Below are positions 20,291 to 31,008 of a stretch of DNA of 64,000 nucleotides, piece by piece. This DNA comes from Candidatus Latescibacterota bacterium (GTDB taxonomy: Bacteria; Latescibacterota; UBA2968; UBA8231). The notes beneath the pieces are model-generated. The model was not told the origin of the DNA and did not search any database. It saw only the letters and a program-made list of their open reading frames with translations. Location: the NCBI GenBank assembly GCA_965206595.1, contig OZ242214.1, forward strand, positions 2,176,001-2,240,000, read 5' to 3'. A program made the position numbers and the translations under genes. Every line of letters starts with the position of its first letter. Positions within the stretch are counted from its first letter, which is position 1.

Positions 20291-22552
20291 CTACGGAGAT
20301 GGTTCGGGCCAGTTCAGATGACGATGGAGGAAACGGAACGTGGCTTGGCCATTGATCTGATGTCCGCCGTCGAAAAACTCGATCTCCGTTCTGTCGGCGA
20401 TACCGAGTTGCACATAGAGCCGCCTGACAACAGCGAACTCATGCGCGACCCATTCATCGGGGGCTACGCCGTCTTCGTGTCCGCGCTCCACCATGAACGG
20501 CCGCGGCGCGATCAATCCCGCCATCTCCCCGTAGTTGAAGGTGTTGCCCAGATCGAACTCCGGCATCTCGTACTCCCCGCCGAACATATAGCTGTAGCGA
20601 GAATGGAAAGTGGCATTTTTGACGATCCATTCGTTGAAGTCGGCGGAACAGATCGAGCAGGCGTAGCGATCGAGCACTGCCGGAACCCGCATGGCTGTTT
20701 TCCCACCGTAGGACAACCCGTAAAACCCTATTCGTTCCGCATCGACGAAGGGTTGTTCCGCGAGCCAATCGAGCGTGCGTTCGTGTTGGCGAATGATCAA
20801 CGAAAAGAGCGACCACTTTATCGGGTTCGCCTTGCGCTGGATGACCCGGAAGGCATCGCCGCCGATGTAGGGATTCTGTGGCGCGTAAACGATGAATCCT
20901 CTGTCTGCCAGGGAGGCAGCGTAGGAGTTATAGACGGTTTCCAACTTCGGGTCGGCGGTATCCTGCGGTCTCCCTTCCAGGCCGTGCTGACAGACGACGA
21001 CAGGACGCTGTTCGCCCGGTTGAAGATCCTTCGGGAGCAGCAGGATGCCATAGGCGAAAACGTCCTTCCAGACATCGAGAACGACTTCATAGCTTTTCCA
21101 GTCGGGTTCGTCATAGAGGAGCCGCGTCCTCGGATTTGCCGGCGCATCGGGGGGAGGACACCTGCCGATGACTTCGTCCCGGAAACAGGACTTGAAACCC
21201 TCGCATGTCTCCTCCCAGCGTGTGAGTGAGCTGGTATCGGTCTTTTCCCAGAAGAACTCCTGCCGTCGCGATGCCGCCTCCCGTAAAAAGCGTTGCGTCA
21301 GATTGACCAACTGCATGAACTGCCGCTTCTGACGGGCTTCGTAATCGAAATCGCCAACGTCTGATGCCGAAAGAGGACGGTATCCATCAACATGCGCATT
21401 TGGGACCCCGAGTTCAGCGAGCAGTGTACTCAAGGTCTCCTGAGACCCCGGCAACCCGTCTTCCGGAATAACGAGGTGGATGGCATCCTCACAGTCGAGT
21501 TGCCGATAGAAGCCGCGTGCGCGCTCAAACTCTGTTTGTACGGAGTGGGTCGGTGGAGACACCAATTGTCCGGGTGCAGCGCCACCTCGTCCGGGACGCG
21601 GCGCAGGTGGGCCGGCGACCTCCGGTCCGCGGCTTGCCTCGACGATCAACGGACGCGGCGCGATGAGGCCGGCAATTTCAGCATCGCCGAATTCATGCAG
21701 CAGCCCCCATACGTTCCGGTAGATGGGCTCTCGCCAGACCTCCTGCCGCGATTGAAAATAGCCGCTGACAGCTGCCGCTTTAATACGGATATCGACAGCG
21801 GCACTGTAGAGCGCAATCAGTCCGCCTTCGCCGTAGCCGACAACACCGACCGGTACCTCGGAACGGGACATCCAGTCCACCAGCGACAGTACCTTCTGAA
21901 CCTCGTACCCGATGATGTTCCTTCCGAGCTCGAACGCCATCCGGTAGATGAATTCGCGATGGGGTTGATTCGTCATTGCCCCGAGGGCTGGATTTCCGGA
22001 ACAGGTATCGTCGCGGCTAATGAGGAGCGGGACGACGACACGGCAGCCCGCCTTTGCCAGATGCTGTGCGAAGCGGGCGTTCGCCGGCAAATCGTCCGTC
22101 ACCCCGGCAATCATCTCAGGCGTCCAGTCGGCATCCGGCAGGGCGACAACCTGGGCGGCAACCAGCGCATCGTGCCCAGGCTCCAGCAAAAACCCTTCAC
22201 CATCGACTTCATCGAAAACCTGCCAGCGGACGCGGGATACGGTGTGATTCTCACCTTCCGCAACCTGCGCGGCAGTTCGTGTGGAGGCTATGTAGCTCAG
22301 CTCTTCAATCGGCAGACGCGCATCGAGGCAGCCAATCTGTTTTCTCAGGCGTTCCCGATTCGGTTCGACGGATTGGACATACGCAGGGTGAGAACTGTAA
22401 TCCCGGTTCCATGACGCTTCCCGTGTTTCAGGAGAACGGGCCACCGCTCCGGTAACATACCGGTCAAGAGCTGCAACCATCTGTGCGGCAAGGTCCCCTT
22501 CCAACGTCAAGGGGGTTGTTCCAGGCAATACTTGTGCAGTTTCGTTTGACAT
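20291..22552 (-). CDS. Two-domain alpha/beta hydrolase (dienelactone hydrolase/acetylxylan esterase-like)
   Basis: GYGEGG and GLSYGGK elbows; VVCQHGLEG; FDGGH. Confidence 0.82.
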   Translation of the reverse strand: MSNETAQVLPGTTPLTLEGDLAAQMVAALDRYVTGAVARSPETREASWNRDYSSHPAYVQSVEPNRERLRKQIGCLDARLPIEELSYIASTRTAAQVAEGENHTVSRVRWQVFDEVDGEGFLLEPGHDALVAAQVVALPDADWTPEMIAGVTDDLPANARFAQHLAKAGCRVVVPLLISRDDTCSGNPALGAMTNQPHREFIYRMAFELGRNIIGYEVQKVLSLVDWMSRSEVPVGVVGYGEGGLIALYSAAVDIRIKAAAVSGYFQSRQEVWREPIYRNVWGLLHEFGDAEIAGLIAPRPLIVEASRGPEVAGPPAPRPGRGGAAPGQLVSPPTHSVQTEFERARGFYRQLDCEDAIHLVIPEDGLPGSQETLSTLLAELGVPNAHVDGYRPLSASDVGDFDYEARQKRQFMQLVNLTQRFLREAASRRQEFFWEKTDTSSLTRWEETCEGFKSCFRDEVIGRCPPPDAPANPRTRLLYDEPDWKSYEVVLDVWKDVFAYGILLLPKDLQPGEQRPVVVCQHGLEGRPQDTADPKLETVYNSYAASLADRGFIVYAPQNPYIGGDAFRVIQRKANPIKWSLFSLIIRQHERTLDWLAEQPFVDAERIGFYGLSYGGKTAMRVPAVLDRYACSICSADFNEWIVKNATFHSRYSYMFGGEYEMPEFDLGNTFNYGEMAGLIAPRPFMVERGHEDGVAPDEWVAHEFAVVRRLYVQLGIADRTEIEFFDGGHQINGQATFRFLHRHLNWPEPSP

Positions 22553-22674
22553 GCGAACTCCTTTGCAGGTTTTGTTCCTGTCCGCCCATATCAGGACCAA
22601 TCCAGGATTCGACGGGGTCGTTGAGGGCAAACTTGGCCCCGCCGCGGCGGCGGCGCCTCTTGTGGGGAAAGAGC

Positions 22675-24111
22675 ATGAAAAAGAACATCCTCATGATCGT
22701 CGTCGACGATCTGAGACCGGAGATCGGCTGCTTCGGCAAGGACAAGCTCCACACGCCCCATCTCGACGCCCTTGCCGCCGGCGGCATGCAGTTCGACCGC
22801 GCCTACTGTCAGGTGCCGATATGCATGCCGTCCCGGGCAAGCCTGTTGAGCGGAGTCCGGCCGGACGGCACGTGGCGGGACCGCATCGCCCAGATGTGCC
22901 CGAACGGAGAGCCCTCCCTGCCCCGGTATCTGCGCGAGAACGGCTGCGCCACCGTCTCCATCGGCAAGGTCTACCACTACAACGACGAAGATGCCGAGGG
23001 CTGGACCCGGCGCTACACCGACACCTTCCACGAAGCCTCCTACACGTGCGACGGCTACTGCTCCGGGTATCAACACGAAGAGAACCGGCGCAAGCTGAAG
23101 GACTTCGCCCTGCAGTTCACCGGGTCGGACGTGGAGCTGCCGGCTCGCGTCGAATGCGCCGACGCCCCCGATGCCGCCTATCCGGATGGCATCGTCGCCG
23201 CAGCGGCGACGGAGGAGCTGCGGCAATTCGCCGCGAGCCGGCAACCGTTCTTTCTCGCCGCCGGCTTCTACCGGCCGCACCTGCCATGGGCGGTACCCAG
23301 GAAGTACTGGGACCTCTACGACCGGGACGGTGTCGACCTCGCCGACAACCCGTTCTTCCCGAAGGACGGCATCGGCAAGTCCGACCTCAGCGACTTCCGC
23401 CACTACGGAGACCCCGAGACCGACGAGCTCTACTCCGACATCGGCCGCTACACCGACGACGACTTTCCGGTGCTGAGCGAAGTCAAACAGCGGGAATCCG
23501 TTCACGGATACTGGGCCAGCGTGAGCTTCGTCGATGCCCAGATCGGCAAGGTAGTGGACGAGCTCCGTCGCCTGGGACTGGCCGAGGACACGACTGTCGT
23601 GCTCTGGGGAGACAACGGCTGGCACCTCGGCGAGCACAAGCTGTGGTCCAAGACCACGAGCTTCGAGGAGTCCACGCGCGTGCCGCTGTTGATCTCCGGC
23701 CCCGGCATACCGCCCGGCGCTCGTACCGATGCGCTCGTGGAGCTGGTGGATCTCTATCCGACGATCTGCGATCTCCTGTCCCTGCCGGCTCCGGGGCATC
23801 TGCAGGGGTCCAGCCTGCTGCCGCTTTTCGGATCCCCCGGACAGGAGTGGAAAAGCGCCGTCTTTTCGCGGATATGGGACGCGTCGACGGTCAGGACGAA
23901 CGACTACCGCCTGACGCATTATGCGGAAGGGTCGCCGCAGGGGGATGAGCGCCATCTGCCGAACGCGGGGGAATTCGAGCTCTTCGACCTTCACGCCGAC
24001 CCGCGGGAGAACGTCAACATAGCCAGGGCGCACCCGGAGATCGTCGCGCGCCTCAACCGCTTGCTGCAGAGCGGCTGGCAGGCCGCGCTGCCCCCGCACA
24101 CACACCCGTAG
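22675..24111 (+). CDS. Formylglycine-dependent sulfatase (iduronate-2-sulfatase-like)
   Basis: NILMIVVDDLR, CMPSRAS (CxPSR), GKVYH, GDNGWHLGEH. Confidence 0.93.
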   Translation: MKKNILMIVVDDLRPEIGCFGKDKLHTPHLDALAAGGMQFDRAYCQVPICMPSRASLLSGVRPDGTWRDRIAQMCPNGEPSLPRYLRENGCATVSIGKVYHYNDEDAEGWTRRYTDTFHEASYTCDGYCSGYQHEENRRKLKDFALQFTGSDVELPARVECADAPDAAYPDGIVAAAATEELRQFAASRQPFFLAAGFYRPHLPWAVPRKYWDLYDRDGVDLADNPFFPKDGIGKSDLSDFRHYGDPETDELYSDIGRYTDDDFPVLSEVKQRESVHGYWASVSFVDAQIGKVVDELRRLGLAEDTTVVLWGDNGWHLGEHKLWSKTTSFEESTRVPLLISGPGIPPGARTDALVELVDLYPTICDLLSLPAPGHLQGSSLLPLFGSPGQEWKSAVFSRIWDASTVRTNDYRLTHYAEGSPQGDERHLPNAGEFELFDLHADPRENVNIARAHPEIVARLNRLLQSGWQAALPPHTHP

Positions 24112-24178
24112 GTTTACACCTCCGGTTCTCCGAAGCCCGGAGCCGCCGAGCACCGTGCCCCAAGTGAAATCCCCGGGG

Positions 24179-24868
24179 CTACATGACACCGAATTTCTTG
24201 TAAGCCTCACCGGCCGTCATGCCGTTGCGCAGAGCGATCCGCACCTTCGATTCCGTCTTCACCTTCTCGTAGGCTTCGAGAACCACTTCCTCGATCGAGT
24301 TGCCGGGAATCACCACCATGCCGTCCTCGGATCCCAGCAGGAGGTCACCGGGCCAGACGGCGACATCGCCGCAGTAAACCGCTTCGTTGATGCCGGTTAT
24401 CGTTCGGTGATAGAGCAGGTCGCTCATGTGCGAACCACGGCAGAAGAGCGGGAAGCCCAGTTTCCGCACCAGCTCCATATCCCGGGAGAAGCCGTCAATC
24501 ACCGCACCGTTTCCGCCGCGGCAGATCGCTGCTTCGGCGCACAGTTCCCCCCACACGCAACAATCGGTCCGGTCGGTGACCAGAACTTCCCCGGGTTGGA
24601 GCCCGTCGATTGCCGCGAAAAGCAGTTCGTACTCCCTGCCGGCCTGCGGGGTGCCGACCAGGGGCTGGGACTGCATGGTACGGGCAATGCCGGCCAGTCG
24701 GGTCGCGGTGTCGATGGGACCGATACCGTGGCGCATGACCTGGTTGTGGAAGCCGCGCGCGTGCAGGACATCGGACACGGCCGCCGGTTCCAGTTCCGCT
24801 ATCATGTCCCACACTTCGATGCCGAGACGATCGGCCGGCCGGCTCAATTCAAAACTGCTGACGGACAT
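24179..24868 (-). CDS. RraA/HMG-aldolase family protein
   Basis: AVSDVL, WGEL, AVIDGFSRD, VWPGDLLLGSEDGMVVIP. Confidence 0.85.
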   Translation of the reverse strand: MSVSSFELSRPADRLGIEVWDMIAELEPAAVSDVLHARGFHNQVMRHGIGPIDTATRLAGIARTMQSQPLVGTPQAGREYELLFAAIDGLQPGEVLVTDRTDCCVWGELCAEAAICRGGNGAVIDGFSRDMELVRKLGFPLFCRGSHMSDLLYHRTITGINEAVYCGDVAVWPGDLLLGSEDGMVVIPGNSIEEVVLEAYEKVKTESKVRIALRNGMTAGEAYKKFGVM

Positions 24869-24876
24869 GGGCGCTC

Positions 24877-26076
24877 CTACCATTGGGACTTGACGGGCGG
24901 TTTGCCGCTTCTGGCCTCGTCTTCGGCGTATATCGAGATATCGCCCTCGCGGCGGTGGGCTTCGGCATAGAGAGCAAAGCGATCCGGGTCCAGTGTTACC
25001 CCCAGCCCCGGTCCGTCGGGCACGCGCATCGTTCCGCGCGAAGTATAGGAGATGACCCCGGCCTCGACCACGTCGCCGCCCTGCTGATGCATGTGGGAGT
25101 CGAGGGCATGGGGCAGGGCCGGAACCGAAGCGCCGACGTGCAGGCAGGCGGCGGTGGAGATGCCCAGTTCGCCGCCGCTGTGGAGGTTGAACCCGAGCTG
25201 GAAGACTTCGCAGGTCGCCTGCAGTTTCCTGGTGTTCGAAATCCCGCCCCACTCGTGGATATCTCCCAGGACGACGTCGACAGAGTTCATCCGCAGACCT
25301 TGCGCCAGCTGGTCGAGATCCATGACGCACATATTCGTCGCCAGGGGTATGTTCACGCGCTCGCGGACCCTGGCCATCGCTTCGTTTCCCCAGCACGGGT
25401 CTTCGTAGTACTCGATATCCAGCGGCTCGATGAGTTTGCCGATCCGTATCGACGTCGCGGCCGAGAGCACGGCGTTCGGGTCGTAACGTATCCTGGTTGC
25501 GGGGAAAGCGGCGCGCAGCGCCCGCAGGGCCTCGACCTCCTCCTCCGGGCCCATCACGCCGCCCTTGAACTTGATAGTCTCGAAGCCGTACCTGGCGTGC
25601 AACTCCCTGGTATGGGAAACGACCTCGTCGGGGTTGGACACCTGCCCGGTCCCGTCCTTTCCGGCGTGCCGGTAGAAGATGTAGGAAGCGAAAGGAACTT
25701 CGTCGCGGAAGCGCCCGCCCAGGAGGTCGCAGAGCGGACGCCCGGCGATCTTTCCCTTGAGATCCCAGCAGGCCATTTCCAGAGCTGCCATGGCGCACAG
25801 ACCGGCTTTCCCGTGGTAGAAGGGCACGAACAGCGTCTTCGCCAGGATGTTCTCGGTGAGCATGGGGTCTTCGCCGAGAAACATGGGCGCAACATTGGTG
25901 TCGATCAGAAGTTTGGTGACGTCACCCCCCAGAGTTTCGCCCAGTCCGATCAACCCTTCATCGGTATGCATTTCCACGATACAGCGCGACCAACCGTCCT
26001 CGACTCCTCCCGCCCAGCGCAGCGGAGCCACGAAGGGCACGTTTACGACGGTCACATCAATTCTGCTGATCTTCAT
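24877..26076 (-). CDS. Enolase-superfamily dehydratase, glucarate dehydratase-like
   Basis: GLIGLGE, KFKGG, RYDPN, YYEDP, PLATNM, LHSGGELGIS, PGLGVTLD. Confidence 0.88.
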   Translation of the reverse strand: MKISRIDVTVVNVPFVAPLRWAGGVEDGWSRCIVEMHTDEGLIGLGETLGGDVTKLLIDTNVAPMFLGEDPMLTENILAKTLFVPFYHGKAGLCAMAALEMACWDLKGKIAGRPLCDLLGGRFRDEVPFASYIFYRHAGKDGTGQVSNPDEVVSHTRELHARYGFETIKFKGGVMGPEEEVEALRALRAAFPATRIRYDPNAVLSAATSIRIGKLIEPLDIEYYEDPCWGNEAMARVRERVNIPLATNMCVMDLDQLAQGLRMNSVDVVLGDIHEWGGISNTRKLQATCEVFQLGFNLHSGGELGISTAACLHVGASVPALPHALDSHMHQQGGDVVEAGVISYTSRGTMRVPDGPGLGVTLDPDRFALYAEAHRREGDISIYAEDEARSGKPPVKSQW

Positions 26077-26324
26077 GCCGACCCACCACGGTTTCGTTCA
26101 TACTTCGTTCATACATTGAACCTGTATCCTTGTAAGCCGTCGCGTCTTCCCCGTTCCAGGAAGGCGAGGCAGTTTCGTTCAGGGCGCGCTCCGGGAGCTT
26201 GCGGAGAAACGGTCGACTGGACGCGCCGGTTCAAAACGTGAACACGGCATAGTACGGTTACCTGCCGGCGACAGCCAACAGTCGGCCGGTATCGGAATGT
26301 CAACAACCCGCAAGCCAATGGGAG

Positions 26325-27158
26325 GTGTGGTACTTCATGCCAATCAGACTGAAAAGGACGATCCGGTTTCTTGCGGCCATGGCCTTAGTCCTGACCGCAA
26401 GTCAGTTATTGCTCGCGTCCGGTGCCTCCGCAGATACGTTGTCAAAAGTCCAGGAGAGCAAATACATCCTCATGGGCACCTACAATGAGCCGCCGCACAA
26501 CTGGGTGGAACCAGCTGGCGGAGGCTACAAGGGGATCGACTACGACCTGGCCGGCACCATCCTGGCAAACCTTGGCGTAGAGACCATCCACCAGATTCCG
26601 GTGGACTGGGCGGGCTTGATTCCGGGCCTTAAGGCCGGCCGCTGGGATATGGTCGCCGTCGGCCAGGCCATCACCCCGGCACGCGCCGAGCAGGTCGCCT
26701 TTACCAAGCCCATCTACAGCTACGGTCTGGCGCTGATTGTCCCCCCCGGGAACCCCGAGGAAATCAAGGGACGCGACCAGTTTCCAGGGAAGAGGATCGG
26801 CGGCATCCTCGGGTCCACGGCCACCGACTATGTCAACGCCATTCCGACTGCCGAGTTCGTTGCCTACAAAAGCCACCCGGAAATGATCGCGGATCTCAAG
26901 GCCGGCCGGATCGACTGCATTCTGGCCGGCGAAACCGCCGCGGCATTCGCCCAGGCCAGGCACCCCGAACCGGTCGAGTTCGTCCCCGGCTGGGAAGGGT
27001 ACGGGGACGCACTTTTCAAAATCGGCTTCTCGTTCCGCAAGGACGACAGGCCGTTCGTCGATGCGTTCGATGCCGCCCTCGACAAGATGAAGGCCGACGG
27101 GAGCCTTGCCCGCATTCTGGAAACCTACGGCCTGACCGCCGCCAACATCGTCCGTTGA
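26325..27158 (+). CDS. Polar amino-acid ABC transporter substrate-binding protein
   Basis: Signal peptide; WAGLIPGLKAGRWD, ITPARAEQVAFT, KMKADGSLARI. Confidence 0.88.
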   Translation: MWYFMPIRLKRTIRFLAAMALVLTASQLLLASGASADTLSKVQESKYILMGTYNEPPHNWVEPAGGGYKGIDYDLAGTILANLGVETIHQIPVDWAGLIPGLKAGRWDMVAVGQAITPARAEQVAFTKPIYSYGLALIVPPGNPEEIKGRDQFPGKRIGGILGSTATDYVNAIPTAEFVAYKSHPEMIADLKAGRIDCILAGETAAAFAQARHPEPVEFVPGWEGYGDALFKIGFSFRKDDRPFVDAFDAALDKMKADGSLARILETYGLTAANIVR

Positions 27159-27219
27159 GGGGCGGAGCAGCTAGCCGCGGCATGCGATCGATTGCCGCCG
27201 ATGCGGGACTCCGGAGCCA

Positions 27220-27945
27220 GTGATGCCGACCCTCCCTGTCGAGGACTTCCTCTTCTTTCTCCCCACCCTGTTGAAGGGTGCGAAGCTGACGGTCTTCCTG
27301 ACGCTCGTGGTCTTCGTACTGGCTGTTCTGCTGGGGTTGCTCGTCGCCTTGGGGCGCCAGTCCCGCTACCGACTGATCCGGATACCCTTGACAGCCTATG
27401 TCGAGCTGATCCGGTCCACACCCGGCCTGGTCCAGATCTACTACATCTTTTACGTGCTGCCGTTCTTCGGGTTCACGATGGATGCCATTCCAGCGGGCAT
27501 TGCCGGGCTGTCGCTCAACTACGCGGCTTACCTTTCGGAGGTATTCCGCAGCGGCATACAATCCGTTCCCGTCACACAAAAGGAGGCAGCGACCACGATC
27601 GGCCTGTCCCACCTGCAGACCCTGCGTTTCGTCATCCTTCCGCAGGCGGTGCGAACCGTCCTGCCGCCGATCATCAACTACCTGCTCATGCTGTTCAAGG
27701 ACACTTCCCTGCTGTCCGTCATCACCATTCAGGAACTGCTGTTCTCGGGCCTCCTTCTGGCCTCGACCACCTTCAAGCACCACATCATTCTTACCGAGAT
27801 TGCCATCATATACTTCATCATATGCTATCCGGTGGCGCTTCTGGCGACGTTTCTGGAGAACCGGCTGAAGAGCAAGCGAAAGCCGCTTTTACGATCGTGG
27901 AGCGAGTCCTTCCGGCGCGCCCTGCCAGGTGTAACCCGGGCATGA
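27220..27945 (+). CDS. Amino-acid ABC transporter permease
   Basis: YVELIRSTP, AAYLSEVFRSGI, EAA loop, FKDTSL. Confidence 0.9.
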   Translation: MMPTLPVEDFLFFLPTLLKGAKLTVFLTLVVFVLAVLLGLLVALGRQSRYRLIRIPLTAYVELIRSTPGLVQIYYIFYVLPFFGFTMDAIPAGIAGLSLNYAAYLSEVFRSGIQSVPVTQKEAATTIGLSHLQTLRFVILPQAVRTVLPPIINYLLMLFKDTSLLSVITIQELLFSGLLLASTTFKHHIILTEIAIIYFIICYPVALLATFLENRLKSKRKPLLRSWSESFRRALPGVTRA

Positions 27946-28682
27946 GCGCAAAGGCACCTATCGTCACCCTGGACGAGGTCCACCAGGGGTACGGCGGCAC
28001 TCCGGTTCTGCGAGGAATCAACTTGAAGGTCGAGACGGGAGAAGTCGTCGCCGTCATCGGACCTTCGGGATCGGGCAAGTCGACACTGCTTCGCGTGATC
28101 TGCAGGCTGGTCCCCACGACATCGGGCCGTGTTCTGGTCGACGGCATTCCCGTCCATGAAGCCAGGGCCGACCTGCAACGGCTTTACCGAACCGTCGGCA
28201 TGGTGTTCCAGAGCTACAACCTCTTCCCGCACATGACGGCCCTGCGCAACATCACCCTCGGGCTGACCGAGGCCCAGCGTCTCCCGAAGGACAAAGCCAA
28301 CGAAGTCGCCCGGCGGTTTCTCGCGAAAGTGGGCCTCAGCGACAAGGAGGAGGCTTACCCCGACGAACTATCGGGGGGCCAGCAGCAACGTATCGCCATC
28401 GCTCGCAGTCTGGCGATGTACCCCAAGGTGATCCTGCTCGACGAAGTCACCGCAGCGCTCGATCCTGAAACCGTGAAGGAGGTCCTCGTTTCCATCCGCG
28501 AGCTCGCCGACGACGGAATGACGCTCATCATCGTCACCCATGAGATTAGATTCGCCCGCGAGGTGGCAAACCGCGTCGTGTTCATGGACGAAGGCCGCGT
28601 GGTAGAGGAAGGGCCGCCCTCGCATCTGCTTGACCGGCCGGAACGGGAACGGACCCGGAGTTTTCTCGACAAGGTCCTGTGA
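27942..28682 (+). CDS. Amino-acid ABC transporter ATP-binding protein
   Basis: GPSGSGKS, LSGGQQQR, LLDE, VTHE. Confidence 0.92.
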   Translation: MSAKAPIVTLDEVHQGYGGTPVLRGINLKVETGEVVAVIGPSGSGKSTLLRVICRLVPTTSGRVLVDGIPVHEARADLQRLYRTVGMVFQSYNLFPHMTALRNITLGLTEAQRLPKDKANEVARRFLAKVGLSDKEEAYPDELSGGQQQRIAIARSLAMYPKVILLDEVTAALDPETVKEVLVSIRELADDGMTLIIVTHEIRFAREVANRVVFMDEGRVVEEGPPSHLLDRPERERTRSFLDKVL

Positions 28683-29311
28683 ATTCGCCGAAGGACCGGA
28701 GCAGTAAGCGGTCGAAAAGAGAAGGTCCGGGAGAAACGCGAACCGCGGCTGAGGCGAGGCCCGCAGGCAAGTACCACATTCCGTACGAGCACTGGGCCGA
28801 CGCCTGCGAGACGCCGATCCGTGCCCTGTCGCGGCCCATGTCGCGGGACGATCCGGCCCGGATCGAAGCGGATGCCGACGGGATTGCCGCGGCCCTGGCA
28901 AGGGTCCGGGCCCGTTCCCCCATGCCGATCATCGAGCATGTCGCCGACCTGGGTGATGTTTTCCTGGCCGCTGTGATCCGCCACCAGGCCGTGGATATCG
29001 TCAACGTCGTGCCCTGCCAGGCCGGGGGACTGGGCCGCGCCAAGCGGCTGATCCACGCCGCCGAAACCGCGGGAATGCCCGCCCTGTTGGGAAGCACCGT
29101 CGAACTGGGGCCCGGCACCGCGGCGTCCGTGCATCTCGCCGTGGCGTCGGCAAGCGTCTGCATACCCTCGGATCTGGTCGGCCCCGGGCTGCTTCAGGGG
29201 GATGTATGCACAACGCCCTTTTCCCTCTCCGGAGGTGAGCTCGCCCCTTTCGAGGGTCCCGGTCTCGGCATCGACCTGGACGAGGAAAAGATGGAGCGGT
29301 GGAAGGGTTAG
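28679..29311 (+). pseudogene. C-terminal part of an enolase-superfamily (muconate cycloisomerase-like) protein
   Basis: AVDIVNV...GGL...GSTVELGPGTAA...GPGLGIDLDEE; N-terminal capping domain and KxK region absent. Confidence 0.65.
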
Positions 29312-29351
29312 ATGTCCGGATATGGATTCTGCGCACCGCGGACGAACCGAG

Positions 29352-30209
29352 TCATGGGGTGCGTTCTGCGGCCTCAGTCTGCCCGGCCGCCTCCAGGCTG
29401 GCCCGCACCCGGTCGATGGAAAGGTCCTGCCGCTGCCGGTCGAGAAACAGGCTCACCTGGCTGTATCCGGATTCCTGGAGCATATCGAGGGCGTCGACAA
29501 ACCCGTCGGCGACCCGATCGGGAACATGGGCGTCCGCGCCGATGACCACCGGAATGCGTCGCCCGGCCATTTCCTCCAGCATGGCGGGTCCCGGGTTCAT
29601 CTCGGCATATGCCTTGTTGCGTCCCGAGGTATTCAGTTCCATGGCCACGCCGGTTGCGGCGATGCGGTCGAGACAGGGGAGGATATGGCCCATGGCCCGT
29701 TCCGGGTGCCAGTCCGGCGGCGAGAAGTTCTTGACCAGGTCGGGATGGGCGATGGTGTCGAACAGGCCGGTCTCCGCGGCCAGGGCCAGATGCTCGAAGT
29801 AGGTGCCGAAATAGGCGTCCACATCCCCCCGGTAGAAACGGTCTATGTACTGGGGAAGATTGGGGTGGACGGAACCGAGCACATGGTGGAATTCCGCCAT
29901 GCCGTGCAGCTTCTCCAGCCACGGCTCCATGCCGGGCACGTAATCGCTCTCGAGGCCGAGGCGGACGTCGACCCGGCCGTCCCAAGCCTTGCGGGCGCGC
30001 TCGACCATGGCCACGTAGTCCCCCAGTTCCTCCACGCCCATCCGCGCCCCGGGGGACCAGCCGTCGTTCGTGGGGTTGTGGTCGGTGACCACGATGCCCT
30101 TCAGGCCCCGCTGCAGGGCCGCTTCGGCATACTCCTCCGGCTCGCCGCGCGCGTGTTTGCAGAGCGGGGTGTGCATGTGCATTTCGTACAGCATCGGTTC
30201 AAAAGGCAT
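29352..30209 (-). CDS. PHP-family phosphatase (histidinol-phosphatase HisJ/HisK-like)
   Basis: HMHTPLCKHA, TDH, GLESD, GSVH, AHPDL, ELNTSG, ADAH. Confidence 0.88.
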   Translation of the reverse strand: MPFEPMLYEMHMHTPLCKHARGEPEEYAEAALQRGLKGIVVTDHNPTNDGWSPGARMGVEELGDYVAMVERARKAWDGRVDVRLGLESDYVPGMEPWLEKLHGMAEFHHVLGSVHPNLPQYIDRFYRGDVDAYFGTYFEHLALAAETGLFDTIAHPDLVKNFSPPDWHPERAMGHILPCLDRIAATGVAMELNTSGRNKAYAEMNPGPAMLEEMAGRRIPVVIGADAHVPDRVADGFVDALDMLQESGYSQVSLFLDRQRQDLSIDRVRASLEAAGQTEAAERTP

Positions 30210-30271
30210 GGGTTATCATCCATTGGTTTTCAAGGCTGGAAACGGGGTTTCAACACATATAGGGATAACAA

Positions 30272-30997
30272 ATGGTCGCAAATGTTGCCCACCGGGGCGC
30301 TTCGGGAAGCTACCCCGAAAACACGTTGACCGCCTTTCAGAAGGCGTTGGAAATCGGTGTCGACGAGATCGAGCTCGACCTTCACTCTACCAGGGACGGC
30401 CGCCTGGTCGTCATGCACGATGCTGCCGTGGACCGAACAACCGACGGCACAGGGGCGATTGGAGAGCTCACCCTGGCTGAAATCAAGGCCCTTGATGCCG
30501 GGGGTGGGTTCGCCGAACAGTTCCGGGGCGAGCGTGTGCCGACGTGGGAGGAAGCGTTGGACCTCGTGCAGGGAAAGGTCGAGCTCAATGTCCACCTGAA
30601 AGAGGGGGGCGCCCCCGACGGAAACTATGAACGAAAAGTTGCAAAGGCATTGCAGGACTTCCGGATGGTGGACGATTCCATTCTGGCCTGCAGCGATGGA
30701 AGCGTCCGGATTTTTTCCGGAATCGACTCGCGGATCGAGTGCCGGATCTTTCGCGCCCAGCGCACGCCGGAGGAATACATCCGGAAATCGGTGGAGATGG
30801 GGCTCCGGACGATGCAGCCGGGGCGGGACATTACGACTCCGGATTTTGTCCGCAAGGCCCACGCGGCAGGCCGAATCGTGCACGTCTTCCATGCGGATAC
30901 CCCTGAAGACATGCGGGCTTTCATCGAAATCGGCGTTGACGGAATTCTGACGAACTACCCGGAACGACTGAAAGCCGTTCTCGCAGAAACCGGGTAG
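30272..30997 (+). CDS. Glycerophosphodiester phosphodiesterase
   Basis: AHRGASGSYPENT, IELDL, VMHD..VDRTT, GVDGILTNYP. Confidence 0.92.
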   Translation: MVANVAHRGASGSYPENTLTAFQKALEIGVDEIELDLHSTRDGRLVVMHDAAVDRTTDGTGAIGELTLAEIKALDAGGGFAEQFRGERVPTWEEALDLVQGKVELNVHLKEGGAPDGNYERKVAKALQDFRMVDDSILACSDGSVRIFSGIDSRIECRIFRAQRTPEEYIRKSVEMGLRTMQPGRDITTPDFVRKAHAAGRIVHVFHADTPEDMRAFIEIGVDGILTNYPERLKAVLAETG

Positions 30998-31008
30998 CAG
31001 AGAGTCGT

